Virus record (IMG/VR): IMGVR_UViG_3300020057_000496
Location: 32,001 to 96,000 of that record
DNA from: a virus
DNA length: 64,000 bases
Direction: 5' to 3' (one strand)
Shown one piece after another: positions 1-9,680 of the stretch. A program made the position numbers and the translations under genes. The notes beneath the pieces are model-generated. The model saw only the letters and a list, made by a program, of their open reading frames with translations. It ran no database searches and had not been told where the DNA came from. Within the stretch, counting starts at the first letter, position 1; every line of letters starts with the position of its first letter.

Positions 1-779
1 AGACGGGCTTCTTTGGTCAAAAAGGGAAGGGCAAGGGCAAGGGCAAGGGCAAGGGCAGTCAAGACCCCGGCGGTCCGAACACTGACCCAGGTGGTTGTGG
101 CGTAATCTTCGATAACTCACCAGGAGAGGCCGAACGCACGAAGCTGTCACTGGACTGGGACGTTGCGATCAAGCAGGCTGCGCAAGTGGCGAAGGATACA
201 CAGGAACGCAGTCGCGGGACTATGCCTGGTTACTTCTCGAAGCTACTAGAGAAACTCCTGAAGCCACCTAAAATTCCCTGGTACTCCGAACTGCGTCAAT
301 TCTTTACAGTCACGGCCAGGGATGACTATTCATGGGCATCACCTAATCGGCGCCATGTCGCGTCCGGGGTTTATCTGCCATCACTACGCTCCCAGCGCCT
401 TGGCGAAATCTGTATGTTCGTTGATCTGTCTGGTTCGATGATGGGCGGAGATGACCTAGCACGTTGCGCAACCGAGATGACTGCCATTCTCGAAAACTAT
501 CCGTCGAAGGTATGGATCGTATATCACGATACCCACGTTCGGACGGTACAGGAATGGACGCCGCTTGACGGTCCGATCGAATTCAAGGGGGACGGCGGCG
601 GTGGAACCGACCACGTCCCTTGCTTTACTTGGATGGTGGAGCAGGGAATAGACCCGTGTGTCTCGATCTTCTTCACGGATCTCCAGACTAGGTTTCCGGT
701 AGATCCACCGAGCCACCCGGTATTCTGGGTAACTGTCTCCGGTGGTAGTGCCCCATTCGGGCGTGTACTTGAGATTTGA
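1..779 (+). CDS. VWA-like domain protein (DUF2201 / putative metallopeptidase-VWA), 5' end outside window
   Basis: PNRR..GVYLPSL, MIDAS-like DLSGS and GGGGTD motifs; the Gly/Lys-rich linker (ggcaag repeats, ~29-57) is in frame upstream of the called start. Confidence 0.8.
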   Translation, partial: TGFFGQKGKGKGKGKGKGSQDPGGPNTDPGGCGVIFDNSPGEAERTKLSLDWDVAIKQAAQVAKDTQERSRGTMPGYFSKLLEKLLKPPKIPWYSELRQFFTVTARDDYSWASPNRRHVASGVYLPSLRSQRLGEICMFVDLSGSMMGGDDLARCATEMTAILENYPSKVWIVYHDTHVRTVQEWTPLDGPIEFKGDGGGGTDHVPCFTWMVEQGIDPCVSIFFTDLQTRFPVDPPSHPVFWVTVSGGSAPFGRVLEI

Positions 780-1210
780 TGGGTTATACCCAGCGCACAG
801 CAACGCTGTTCGTAAGGGACGCCAGGGATGTCCCTCACCTCAACGCGCGAGAAGTTGTATTTACCTACGACATTAGGTCCGGTACGGCAAGCTCTAGGCT
901 ATGCCTAGAGCGCTCGGTGTACGGTGTCCTTGAAAACCCCGGCTTACTCAAACCTATCACTGATAGGTTTGAGGCATTCTGTCGTAGTATCAATCTCGGC
1001 GGAATGATCGAAAAGCGCATCATTGTTGTCCTTCGGTTCGTAGTATTCTTTGATGAAGAATTCTTTATCGAACAGTGCTACAGGAGTGGGCAAAGTAGTT
1101 TTTTCAATCGGATCTACGACAAGGCGTCCTTGGCTGTCGACAAGATGAACGAAGAAGCGGTCATCATGTGCGCGTCGAGCTTAGCTACCCATTATACGCT
1201 GTTTAAATAG
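776..1210 (+). CDS. hypothetical protein (shared C-terminal motif)
   Basis: 144 aa ORF overlapping the upstream stop. Confidence 0.6.
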   Translation: MMGYTQRTATLFVRDARDVPHLNAREVVFTYDIRSGTASSRLCLERSVYGVLENPGLLKPITDRFEAFCRSINLGGMIEKRIIVVLRFVVFFDEEFFIEQCYRSGQSSFFNRIYDKASLAVDKMNEEAVIMCASSLATHYTLFK

Positions 1211-1263
1211 GAGCACGAAATGGTAAACGAAACCCCTCCGAGCACTGAATCGGCACGTAGAAG

Positions 1264-1596
1264 GTGGGAACCGTGAGTAGCACGGGGCTCGCTGACATCA
1301 CCGCAGGCGAAGAGGTAGTCGAGGGGATCATTATCCTTCACTTCGGCCGACGTAGCGTGCTGATCATTGACGGGTACGGGTCGCTTGATAAGGTCAAACA
1401 AGAAGAGTTCTACACGCGAATGTACTCGGAATTAGGTACATTTGGGATCGACAAGATAGATGCGTTCGTCGTCGAGGTAAGGTGGACCTCCGCGGGGGAG
1501 GTCGTGAAAGAGGCGTATCACTTCATGGAGAAGTGTACGATGACGGACATCTACGCAGTCCACAACAAACTTTATGAGTCCATCTTTCTCGAATGA
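1264..1596 (+). CDS. hypothetical protein
   Basis: 110 aa ORF in co-directional gene run. Confidence 0.5.
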   Translation: MGTVSSTGLADITAGEEVVEGIIILHFGRRSVLIIDGYGSLDKVKQEEFYTRMYSELGTFGIDKIDAFVVEVRWTSAGEVVKEAYHFMEKCTMTDIYAVHNKLYESIFLE

Positions 1597-2095
1597 GCGT
1601 CACTTGAAGAACTACTCAATCGAAACTGACCTATATTCCGGAGTCGGCCAGGCAGTCCAGGATCACTGCCGTATGGCTGGCTTGACTTGTGCGGGGATTG
1701 TAATTGCTACCTACCGGGTTGATTTTGGATTGATCCCCGCAAGTATGCATGTACGGAAGGTATGGCACGGGAATACCCGTGAGGACGTACACCGTTCAAT
1801 ACTCTCCAGGTCAAACCTACTACTTATTCCCTATATTGGCCAACTCACCTCGGATCTTGACCTGTTGTACAATACGGCAAGAAAGGGGCGCCGCGTCGTG
1901 TTCAAGTGCGACATGTCGATCGAAACTGGCGAGGAACACGGCGGGCTTCTGTCTCCGATCAGAACAGTGCCGTGGGGGAGCTATAAGGATTATTCTAATT
2001 ACGGAGCAATTATAGCAGTTATGGGTAATACCGAAACCGAACGTCCCGGCATCTATCAGGTAGCAAGAACATGGCTGAGCAGGGTATTCTCTTAG
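1574..2095 (+). CDS. hypothetical protein
   Basis: 173 aa ORF overlapping neighbours. Confidence 0.55.
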   Translation: MSPSFSNERHLKNYSIETDLYSGVGQAVQDHCRMAGLTCAGIVIATYRVDFGLIPASMHVRKVWHGNTREDVHRSILSRSNLLLIPYIGQLTSDLDLLYNTARKGRRVVFKCDMSIETGEEHGGLLSPIRTVPWGSYKDYSNYGAIIAVMGNTETERPGIYQVARTWLSRVFS

Positions 2096-2463
2096 ATCAC
2101 CCGAGGATTTTGTTCGCTGTCGTCGCCAGTAGCTTTGCGGATATAGTGGAAGCATGTCCGGGTGACATATTAAACTATGCGGTGATTGAGTTTGACGAAA
2201 CGGGCGTAGTTAAGTTGCGGACCCCACTAAGGGGGTTTCCGATAACGACCAGGGCGCGCGGGGTCCCGTTGTGGTTCGTGGCTCAACTACTAACTGAAGG
2301 TAAGATCTGGCCCTTTAAGTGCCGGACGGAAGTTGCGGTTCGGATCAAGGACAGGATATTAATAGATGACTTGATGGAATATCTTTACTCGAACCTCACG
2401 GAAGAGGTCGTGATCATGATGTCGTCCGGCCTGACGAAGACCGTTACCCTGAAGGACGATTAG
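2071..2463 (+). CDS. hypothetical protein (shared C-terminal motif)
   Basis: 130 aa ORF overlapping upstream gene. Confidence 0.6.
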   Translation: MAEQGILLDHPRILFAVVASSFADIVEACPGDILNYAVIEFDETGVVKLRTPLRGFPITTRARGVPLWFVAQLLTEGKIWPFKCRTEVAVRIKDRILIDDLMEYLYSNLTEEVVIMMSSGLTKTVTLKDD

Positions 2464-2888
2464 TCCTGGACGGTCCGCCTGGTTTGTGCTACTGTGGGGC
2501 GTGACCTGAGTTGCGTCTTGCTAATCAAGAAGGGGACACAATGGCGCTCCTGCTAGTCGCGGCCTGTTCGTATCTGTTCGGTCGGTTCCAGTCCAAGATA
2601 GATGGCTACATAAAGCAGAAGTGGTCCGAGATCTAGTGCGTACGGGCTGGTTCGTTAAAGGGTTCGTTGTTTGGTGATCTTTGTTGACTATTGGCGACCA
2701 CTTGAGTTATTTTTTCGCTGAGGTCTCTTCCATTACTGTAAATATTTACGGCGCAGATCCTGCGTGGCGGATTGTTGGCATAAATTTCCGGGACGGAGAA
2801 AAATATGTCACCACCATTACCAACCCTAGGCCCCGCAAAAGCAAACGGCTTTACCTGATTTAGTGCGTGTCTGAAGGATAACCGTCAA

Positions 2889-3686
2889 ATGATAACCGTC
2901 AATGGTACACCAGTCCGTGCGGACATCTTCCCAGACAAGACTTCGCAAGTCTGGAAACTCCCGCCGGAACTTACGCAAGCTCGGACGTGCGAGGTGGTCT
3001 GGAGGTTCGAAGAGGAACGAGAGGTCATTGACCTGCTCAGTCTGCGGAAGCTCCTCGACACCCAGGACTGGCTACTGTCCATTCCTTACTTCCCTTACGC
3101 CAGACAGGACAAGCCAGTATCGAACAACGAGACGTTCAGTCGCTCTGTTATTCTCGGGCTGCTCAAAACACTAGGATGTCGGCTAATCACGACCGTAGAT
3201 GTTCATTCCGGGTTCGACAAGGAATCTATCTACATCTTCAATCGCGAAGTGTCAGACTTCCACCGATTTGTTTTGGACGCGACCGAGCCGAACGTCGTCG
3301 TCTTTCCGGACAAGGGGGCCAGGTTACGTTATCCATATTTGGTTGAGCTTCCGTACGTCCAGTACGTCTACGAGAAGACACGCAATCCACTGACTGGCGA
3401 AATTACCGGACACGGCCTAGAGGGCCAACTGGCCATGATCAGCCCGGCCCATGTTCAGTTAGCACCGAAGACACGTTTTTTGATTGTAGACGACCTATGT
3501 GACGGCGGCGCGACGTTTCTTTCGATCAAGAACGATCTCGACCGGAGGTGTCAGGGTGCGGACGTAAGTCTTGCGGTGACACACGGGGTATTCTCGAAAG
3601 GGAAGACGCTTCTAACGAATGCCGGGATTGAACTCTTCTATACGAACAGCCTGCTCGCTAACCCAGAAGGATTCAAGGTATGCTAG
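2889..3686 (+). CDS. prs: ribose-phosphate pyrophosphokinase-like protein (probable Adps of NARP1)
   Basis: IPYFPYARQDK, TVDVHS, VFPDKGA and PRT motif IVDDLCDGGATF, VTHGVFS. Confidence 0.9.
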   Translation: MITVNGTPVRADIFPDKTSQVWKLPPELTQARTCEVVWRFEEEREVIDLLSLRKLLDTQDWLLSIPYFPYARQDKPVSNNETFSRSVILGLLKTLGCRLITTVDVHSGFDKESIYIFNREVSDFHRFVLDATEPNVVVFPDKGARLRYPYLVELPYVQYVYEKTRNPLTGEITGHGLEGQLAMISPAHVQLAPKTRFLIVDDLCDGGATFLSIKNDLDRRCQGADVSLAVTHGVFSKGKTLLTNAGIELFYTNSLLANPEGFKVC

Positions 3687-5143
3687 TCATTCCACCAGAA
3701 TTCAAGATAGACATCTACAAGGCCGGACATCTTTTTCAGATGCCTCCGGGGACAACTGAGGTTTATTCGAACTTCACCCCGCGCGCATCGCGCTTGCCTG
3801 GCGTTGATAAGGTTGTCGTCTGGGGCCTGCAGCCGTTCTTTGTGCGCGACCTAATCGACGCCTGGGACGACGAGTTCTTCGGCAAGCCCCTCGATAAGAT
3901 CCTGGCTCGCTACCAGGCCCGCATGGACCGCATGATTGGTCCGGGTACGATCACCGTAGGCCACATCGCGGCACTACATAAGCTGGGATATCTGCCGGTG
4001 CGGATCAAGGCACTGCCGGAAGGTTCGCTTTGTCCGATGCGTGTGCCGTTTATGACTTGGCGGAACACGCACCAGGACTTCGCGTGGGTTACGAACTACA
4101 TCGAGACTCACATGTCGTGCTCAATCTGGCACCCGATAACGTCGGCGACCACATGCTGGGAGTTTTATAAGGAATTCTACCGATCGGCGAAGCGGTCGGC
4201 CCCTGACAAGCTGGACTTCGCCTCAGTCCAGGGGCACGACTTCTCTATGCGCGGGCAAACTTCCCTGGAATCAGCAACGGCGGCTAGTGCTGCGCACCTC
4301 CTTTCGTTCATTGGTACCGACACGGTTCCGGCGCTGGACTACCTGGAAGAGCACTACGGCCCGGACGACAAGATTACCGGCGTAAGTGTGCGTGCGTCGG
4401 AGCACATGGTGATGCAGATGGGTGGTAAAGATACTGAGCTGGAGACGTACCGACGACTGATCTCTGACGTAGCGCCAAGTGGTATCATATCGATCGTTTC
4501 AGATACATGGGACTACTGGAACGTAATCGACAATATCCTCCCAGCACTCAAGGACGTTATCATGGCACGCGACGGGCGGGTCGTGGTCAGGCCAGATTCC
4601 GGCAGTCCCGTCAAGATACTTTGTGGAGACGAAGAGCAGTCGGCGGGGTCGTCGGCACACAAGGGCACTATCGAGGCTCTGTATGATTCGTTCGGTGGTT
4701 CACTAAATAACGTGAACTGCAAGGAGCTTGACCCACACATCGGAGTAATATACGGTGACAGCATTACTCGCGAGCGCCAGAAGGAGATCAACGAACGCCT
4801 CTGGCAGAAGCGTTTCGCATCAGTCAACTGGGTCGCCGGTGTCGGTTCGTTTGCATTACAGCATGTCACTCGTGACACATTCGGCTTCGCTATCAAGACC
4901 ACGCACGGAGTTATCGACGGCGTTCCGGTAGATCTCTTCAAGGACCCCAAGACAGACGACGGAACTAAGCGTTCAGCACGCGGGTACCTGCGCGTGAACG
5001 AAGACTACACACTGAAGGAGTGCTGCACTCCGGAAGAAGAGGAAGGGGGGCTACTGGAAGTAGTGTTCGAAAATTCGATGCTAGTTCGGAAGCACAGTTT
5101 CAGTGAGGTCAGAGAGAGACTTCACTCGAACCTCGAAAAGTAA
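3680..5143 (+). CDS. nadV: nicotinamide phosphoribosyltransferase-like protein (probable Namat of NARP1)
   Basis: DIYKAGH, HDFSMRG, ASEH, SIVSDTWD, VRPDSG, IYGDSIT, KDPKTDDGTKRSARG. Confidence 0.92.
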   Translation: MLVIPPEFKIDIYKAGHLFQMPPGTTEVYSNFTPRASRLPGVDKVVVWGLQPFFVRDLIDAWDDEFFGKPLDKILARYQARMDRMIGPGTITVGHIAALHKLGYLPVRIKALPEGSLCPMRVPFMTWRNTHQDFAWVTNYIETHMSCSIWHPITSATTCWEFYKEFYRSAKRSAPDKLDFASVQGHDFSMRGQTSLESATAASAAHLLSFIGTDTVPALDYLEEHYGPDDKITGVSVRASEHMVMQMGGKDTELETYRRLISDVAPSGIISIVSDTWDYWNVIDNILPALKDVIMARDGRVVVRPDSGSPVKILCGDEEQSAGSSAHKGTIEALYDSFGGSLNNVNCKELDPHIGVIYGDSITRERQKEINERLWQKRFASVNWVAGVGSFALQHVTRDTFGFAIKTTHGVIDGVPVDLFKDPKTDDGTKRSARGYLRVNEDYTLKECCTPEEEEGGLLEVVFENSMLVRKHSFSEVRERLHSNLEK

Positions 5144-5157
5144 GAAGGAGATACGCC

Positions 5158-5259
5158 ATGGCCGACGATCGCGCTATTAGAGATCTCGTCATCCCGCCGT
5201 CTTCGTATGTCTATATCCAGGACAAGCAGACTGGGCAGATCAATACCATCGCAAGCTAG
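5158..5259 (+). pseudogene. 33-codon gene stub resembling the N-terminus of bacterial major-vault-protein-like proteins
   Basis: strong SD aaggag, then MADDRAIRDLVIPPSSYVYIQDKQTGQINTIAS*; similarity recalled from memory only. Confidence 0.3.
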
Positions 5260-5414
5260 TACGAATACGGGGTCCCCGATCCAACGAAAGGGACCCCGTA
5301 TTTGTTCGAATGGAGAAAAAGTGCCTAGTGGCCGGATGTTCTTGTTGAACGCATTGCGGGTGACTGCTGCGTTTGCGTGTCCGTACGTGTATTTAAAACT
5401 AGAGCGAGCTTGAG

Positions 5415-5633
5415 GTGGAGGTCGCTACGCTACGGATGTTACGCGAGAAGCTAGGGCTGAATCAGGCGTCGCTAGCGGCCAAGCTCGGCAAGAGTCAGGG
5501 ACAGGTATCCCGGACGGAGGCAAACGACGACCCGCGCATTTCGACGATCAAAGAATACGTGGAGGCATTAGGTGGCAAACTCGAAGTTACGGTCAGGTGT
5601 GGTACGACAGAAATCAAGCTCGCGTTCGATTAG
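5415..5633 (+). CDS. XRE-family HTH protein, HigA-like orphan antitoxin/regulator
   Basis: LNQASLAAKLGKSQGQVSRTE..DPRISTIKEYVEALGG. Confidence 0.8.
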   Translation: MEVATLRMLREKLGLNQASLAAKLGKSQGQVSRTEANDDPRISTIKEYVEALGGKLEVTVRCGTTEIKLAFD

Positions 5634-5644
5634 TACGGGCTTAT

Positions 5645-7222
5645 ATGTCAGTTGATTTCGTAACCTCAGACGTTCACTTTCTACATGCGAACATCATCAA
5701 GTACTGTAACCGGCCGTTCAGTAGTGTCGAAGAACAAACTGAGTACTTGATAGAGAACTGGAATAGAGTAGTCGGCAAAGACCACGTCGTCATGAATCTC
5801 GGCGACTTCATTTGGACCAAGGACCCCGACGCTTGGGTAGGAATCGTCAACCGACTGAACGGCAAGCAGCAGATCGTCGTCGGAAACCACGACCACTTGC
5901 TTACCGAAAAGGACGGCACGCCAAAGAACTACGCCGACCTGGCGCCACAGATCCAGGAATTGATCAAAACCGGGAAGATCATTTCAATCAAGTCGATGTG
6001 TGAGATCAAACTCGCCGGACGCTGGTTTCACTACGTACACTTCCCGTTGGGGGCCTGGCATCGGTCGCTCTACGGAAGTGCGATGATCCACGGACACTGC
6101 GTTGATGAAGAAACAGAGATCATGACAACGAGCGGATGGAGGGGTATTCGTAATATTGCAATTGGTGACGGAATATATTCATTCGATCCAAGTAGGTGCG
6201 AATTTGTACTAGATACTATCAGTCAGATTGTGAAACAAAACTACCATGGTGACGTGTATGAATTAGACACTAGGAACATATCGTTTCGCGTTACTAGTGA
6301 GCATACCATGGTACATTTTAGTCGGGGTGGTAAGTTTTTGGAATCCCCAGCTAGTGTGCTGCTAAAGCAAAATACCATGAGGCTACTTAAGGCTGGAGTG
6401 CGTAGCGGAACTCGACTGAATTTATCCGACGATCTACTTGCCCTACTTATTCTTATTGCTGCCGATGGTTCAATTAAAACAGAAACGCAACTTGCACGGA
6501 TCAAGGTTAAGCGCCCACATAAGATTGCTTATATTAAGCAGGTTTTATGTAACTTACAATTGCAATATAGTAAATACAAGCAAAAGGATGCCTCTTGGTC
6601 GTTTAATTTTTATATTCCACCAGAGCTGTTGTCATTTACTATAAAGGGACTAGATAGAAAATTAATGAGTTGTAGCCCCGATCAATTTAAGGTCATACTA
6701 GGGGCCTATGCAAATTCGGATGGTTCAGTAAATGGTAATGGCGTTATTATCTATTCCGCAAAAGAAGCAGAGATAGACCTTCTCCAGGAACTTGCTGTAA
6801 TCTCTGGTTTTAGCGCAACTAAATTCACAAGGAGACATGGGTTCTCTGGTGGATTACGACATCAATTATCAGTTTATCCTAATGCAATAAGTCGCGTGCA
6901 GTCGATTCGTAGTAAACTCAAGGTCGAAAGAGTATATGGAGAGTTATTTTGGTGTATAAAATGTAAGAATCAGAATTTCATAATGCGTCGCAATGGCAAG
7001 GTTCATCTTACTGGTAATTCGCATGGTAAGTATCGGCTTTCTTGGCCACAGTCGGTTACTGACGGCAAGGCAATGGATGCCGGGGTTGACAGTCGTTCGA
7101 TCGCAACCAATACCCTTGACGACAAGGGACTATATCGCCCATTCTGCATGCGGACGGAAGTGGCCCCACTAATTGCCAGTATCAAGTCCCGCAACCAGAA
7201 CGACTTCAACGGCGACGCGTAA
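5645..7222 (+). CDS. calcineurin-like metallophosphoesterase containing an intein
   Basis: SDVHF, NLGDF, GNHD, HFP and GH[S]H motif split by the intein; probable start ATG 5645. Confidence 0.85.
   Translation: MSVDFVTSDVHFLHANIIKYCNRPFSSVEEQTEYLIENWNRVVGKDHVVMNLGDFIWTKDPDAWVGIVNRLNGKQQIVVGNHDHLLTEKDGTPKNYADLAPQIQELIKTGKIISIKSMCEIKLAGRWFHYVHFPLGAWHRSLYGSAMIHGHCVDEETEIMTTSGWRGIRNIAIGDGIYSFDPSRCEFVLDTISQIVKQNYHGDVYELDTRNISFRVTSEHTMVHFSRGGKFLESPASVLLKQNTMRLLKAGVRSGTRLNLSDDLLALLILIAADGSIKTETQLARIKVKRPHKIAYIKQVLCNLQLQYSKYKQKDASWSFNFYIPPELLSFTIKGLDRKLMSCSPDQFKVILGAYANSDGSVNGNGVIIYSAKEAEIDLLQELAVISGFSATKFTRRHGFSGGLRHQLSVYPNAISRVQSIRSKLKVERVYGELFWCIKCKNQNFIMRRNGKVHLTGNSHGKYRLSWPQSVTDGKAMDAGVDSRSIATNTLDDKGLYRPFCMRTEVAPLIASIKSRNQNDFNGDA
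6098..7018 (+). mobile_element. intein (307 aa) with LAGLIDADG-type homing endonuclease
   Basis: begins CVDEETEIMT, block B VTSEH, LIAADGS and AYANSDGS motifs, ends HLTGN followed by Ser; markedly AT-rich relative to flanks. Confidence 0.9.
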
Positions 7223-7540
7223 TTGGCGAGTGAAGTAGTGGTAAAGGACAAGAAAGAACACGACCGGCGTAAGCTTACGAAGGAAGAAGGCGCAGCGATT
7301 TATCGGTGGCTGACGGAACGCTGGGGCCTTAGCCCGAAAGCGGGTTCGCAATTCCTGGACGAGGTGCGAGACAAACTTCCGTATCGGACAGTCGGGGAGG
7401 CATTCATGGAAGTCTGGACCTTCGCCAGGCGAGAGTACATGCTTCAGTTACTTGTCCACGTCAAGTCTGACAAGTACGATGAGCGACAGAAGGAATTGTT
7501 CATGTTCAAGACTGGTGGCTTGGATAAAGAAGATAGTTAG
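7223..7540 (+). CDS. hypothetical protein
   Basis: 105 aa ORF abutting upstream stop. Confidence 0.6.
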   Translation: MASEVVVKDKKEHDRRKLTKEEGAAIYRWLTERWGLSPKAGSQFLDEVRDKLPYRTVGEAFMEVWTFARREYMLQLLVHVKSDKYDERQKELFMFKTGGLDKEDS

Positions 7541-7552
7541 CCCGCTAAAATT

Positions 7553-8071
7553 GTGATCCACGTCTTTAAGCACCCCTGGTCGCTTGACTACACGCAGCTA
7601 CTCAATAGCTACGAGCTTGCCGTTAAGTACACCAGTGAGAATCACTACGTCTTCTACATAAGAATACGTGAGGGTCGCATACGCTCCTCGGATGGGCTAT
7701 CAAGGCCACTAACGGAGTACAGACTGACGCAACCCTCAAGGCTAAGCGCCGTTATGCGTGGCTGTCGCATGAGTAGCTTCAAGCCCGAATTACTAGTAAC
7801 GGAAGGCGAAGGCACGACTTGTGCCTGGATAAAGAAACTGACCGAGCTATCTCAAATGATTAGAATTTGCACCGCTGATTTTCAGAAGGGGCCTAGTCTC
7901 GTAGTTCAGTACCACAATAACGATGTCCATACTTGGAATTCGACTGCATTCAGGCTCGTGATAATAACGGACCGTCCGATCAAGAGAGCTGAAGTGTTGA
8001 GTCAGGTACTCACTGAGCATAATCTAATTTGCCTTACTTCAGGACTGGCTGGTGTCATTGCTTTAGGTTAG
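7553..8071 (+). CDS. hypothetical protein (shared C-terminal motif)
   Basis: 172 aa ORF. Confidence 0.55.
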   Translation: MIHVFKHPWSLDYTQLLNSYELAVKYTSENHYVFYIRIREGRIRSSDGLSRPLTEYRLTQPSRLSAVMRGCRMSSFKPELLVTEGEGTTCAWIKKLTELSQMIRICTADFQKGPSLVVQYHNNDVHTWNSTAFRLVIITDRPIKRAEVLSQVLTEHNLICLTSGLAGVIALG

Positions 8072-8295
8072 TCGTTACAGAGCGCATTAGCACTGCGTAC
8101 CGCACGGGCCTTCCGAACATTCTCGCGGCATGACTGTAGCTTTTTGATTGAGCGTGCCACTCCACCTGACGCGCCGCCCTTTAGTCCGTTGCAACTCGGG
8201 CAATGTAGCTTAGTTCCGGGGTGAATGTCGCAGTCGTAGTGGTTGACTTGTAGTTCCAAGAGGTTCTCGATCGCATTGTCTATTTCTTTTTTCAT
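8068..8295 (-). CDS. small Cys/His basic protein
   Basis: 75 aa; extended -10 TGCTATAAT 7 nt before ATG (leaderless). Confidence 0.6.
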   Translation of the reverse strand: MKKEIDNAIENLLELQVNHYDCDIHPGTKLHCPSCNGLKGGASGGVARSIKKLQSCRENVRKARAVRSANALCND

Positions 8296-8398
8296 CGAAC
8301 ATATTATAGCACGACCCCAGATGGATAAACGACCCCTTGACCGACTGTTGAATCAGTGATAGGTTCGCCGCAGGCGGCGACCGCAACTTGCGAGGTAG

Positions 8399-8851
8399 GT
8401 GAGGATGAAAGCAAAAAGGCTCCTGAAGCTGGCCGACTTCCTTGAAAAGCTCCCCGAGAAGAAACGTAAGGGGAAGTTCGACATGGACACCTTCGGGAAA
8501 CATGTCGGCCCACACCACCCCAAGAAGTACAACTACTGCGGCACGTCGGCATGTGCTCTTGGTTGGGCAACAACAAGCCCTTACTTCCGCCGACTTGGGC
8601 TAAAGGCCGGCTGGCGCAAAATGGGTCGGAAGGGAAGTCCAGGATATCGCTGGAGAATGGACATGAGTTACCGTAAGCTCCACGAATTCGCCGCAGCCGG
8701 GAGGTTGTTCGACATCCCAGAAATGGAAGCTTACTTCCTGTTCGGAGGTGGGGAACTAACGAGTAGGCGGAAAGTAATTCGGAGTCTGCGAAAACTAGCC
8801 AGGCTAGGAGTTACTAAGTTTAGGTTGGCACACGGGGCTAGCTATCAATGA
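8399..8851 (+). CDS. hypothetical phage protein
   Basis: LADFLE..FDM..CGTSACALGWA pattern. Confidence 0.7.
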   Translation: MRMKAKRLLKLADFLEKLPEKKRKGKFDMDTFGKHVGPHHPKKYNYCGTSACALGWATTSPYFRRLGLKAGWRKMGRKGSPGYRWRMDMSYRKLHEFAAAGRLFDIPEMEAYFLFGGGELTSRRKVIRSLRKLARLGVTKFRLAHGASYQ

Positions 8852-8855
8852 ACGG

Positions 8856-9131
8856 ATGAAAAATCCATACTGGTTCGTAAGGAAATATGCGAAGTACGCG
8901 TTGCAGTCACTGCAACTCGCAGGCAGCTTGGTTGAGTTCTGTAAGAAGTGTGGTCGGAAACAACCGTTGGTCTGGACTGCTCCAAATAATCTATGGCTTG
9001 AGATTAACGGGAAATCTGGCGGGGTACTTTGCCCCGAATGCTTCCAATCTTGCTGTGACGCACGCGGAATCCCTGTTTGCTGGGAACCAAAAGTTAGAAC
9101 CAGGGCACGCGGAAGTCAGCCAGGAAGGTAG
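8856..9131 (+). CDS. Zn-finger hypothetical protein
   Basis: CKKC and CPEC pairs. Confidence 0.55.
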   Translation: MKNPYWFVRKYAKYALQSLQLAGSLVEFCKKCGRKQPLVWTAPNNLWLEINGKSGGVLCPECFQSCCDARGIPVCWEPKVRTRARGSQPGR

Positions 9132-9271
9132 GGTAAATTCGAATATGCCCGGTGTGTATTCCTATGCCGCGTGCCTCGCCCGTATTTGGTGCGTGCGTAG
9201 AGTACGTTACCTGTCGCCGTTGTCTCGCAATAAGAAGTCAACAGAGTCAGCGGACTGAAGGGAGATAGTCC

Positions 9272-9607
9272 ATGGATGCGTTACCACCGAATCCACCGGC
9301 CGTAGTCAGTGCGGTATGCCCAGAACTACAGGTGCGGTCAGTTGAACTAGGGAAGCGCTTCTTTATTGTCGAGTACTGTGTTTACCGAGGGTCGGGATTT
9401 TACGCCCCGGCTACCGTAGACAGCCAACCTCACTACCCGGCACAGGCAACTGTCTATGAACTCAAGGGGGGTGTCCGGGTACGGCTCGGTCGTACATTCC
9501 CGGCTTCATGGATAGACCGAGGCTGCTTCGAAGACGATCCGGCGACACTCGTGTCTGAGGCGACAAGGAACTTCGGGAAGAAGTCCGGGAAGGTTCGAAA
9601 GAAGTAA
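9272..9607 (+). CDS. hypothetical protein
   Basis: SD ggag before ATG, 111 aa. Confidence 0.55.
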   Translation: MDALPPNPPAVVSAVCPELQVRSVELGKRFFIVEYCVYRGSGFYAPATVDSQPHYPAQATVYELKGGVRVRLGRTFPASWIDRGCFEDDPATLVSEATRNFGKKSGKVRKK

Positions 9608-9680
9608 TTAGGGAGTGTGACGTAACGCAGTTTCGCTGGTCCTTTAAGCCAGAGTCGGCCAGATTAGCCGCGTCCAACTT

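Noticed and set aside
9611-9678. Second tRNA (Lys-like arm ctggt-cctttaa-gccag)
   Set aside because: No proper acceptor stem or TTC loop; at best a decayed remnant
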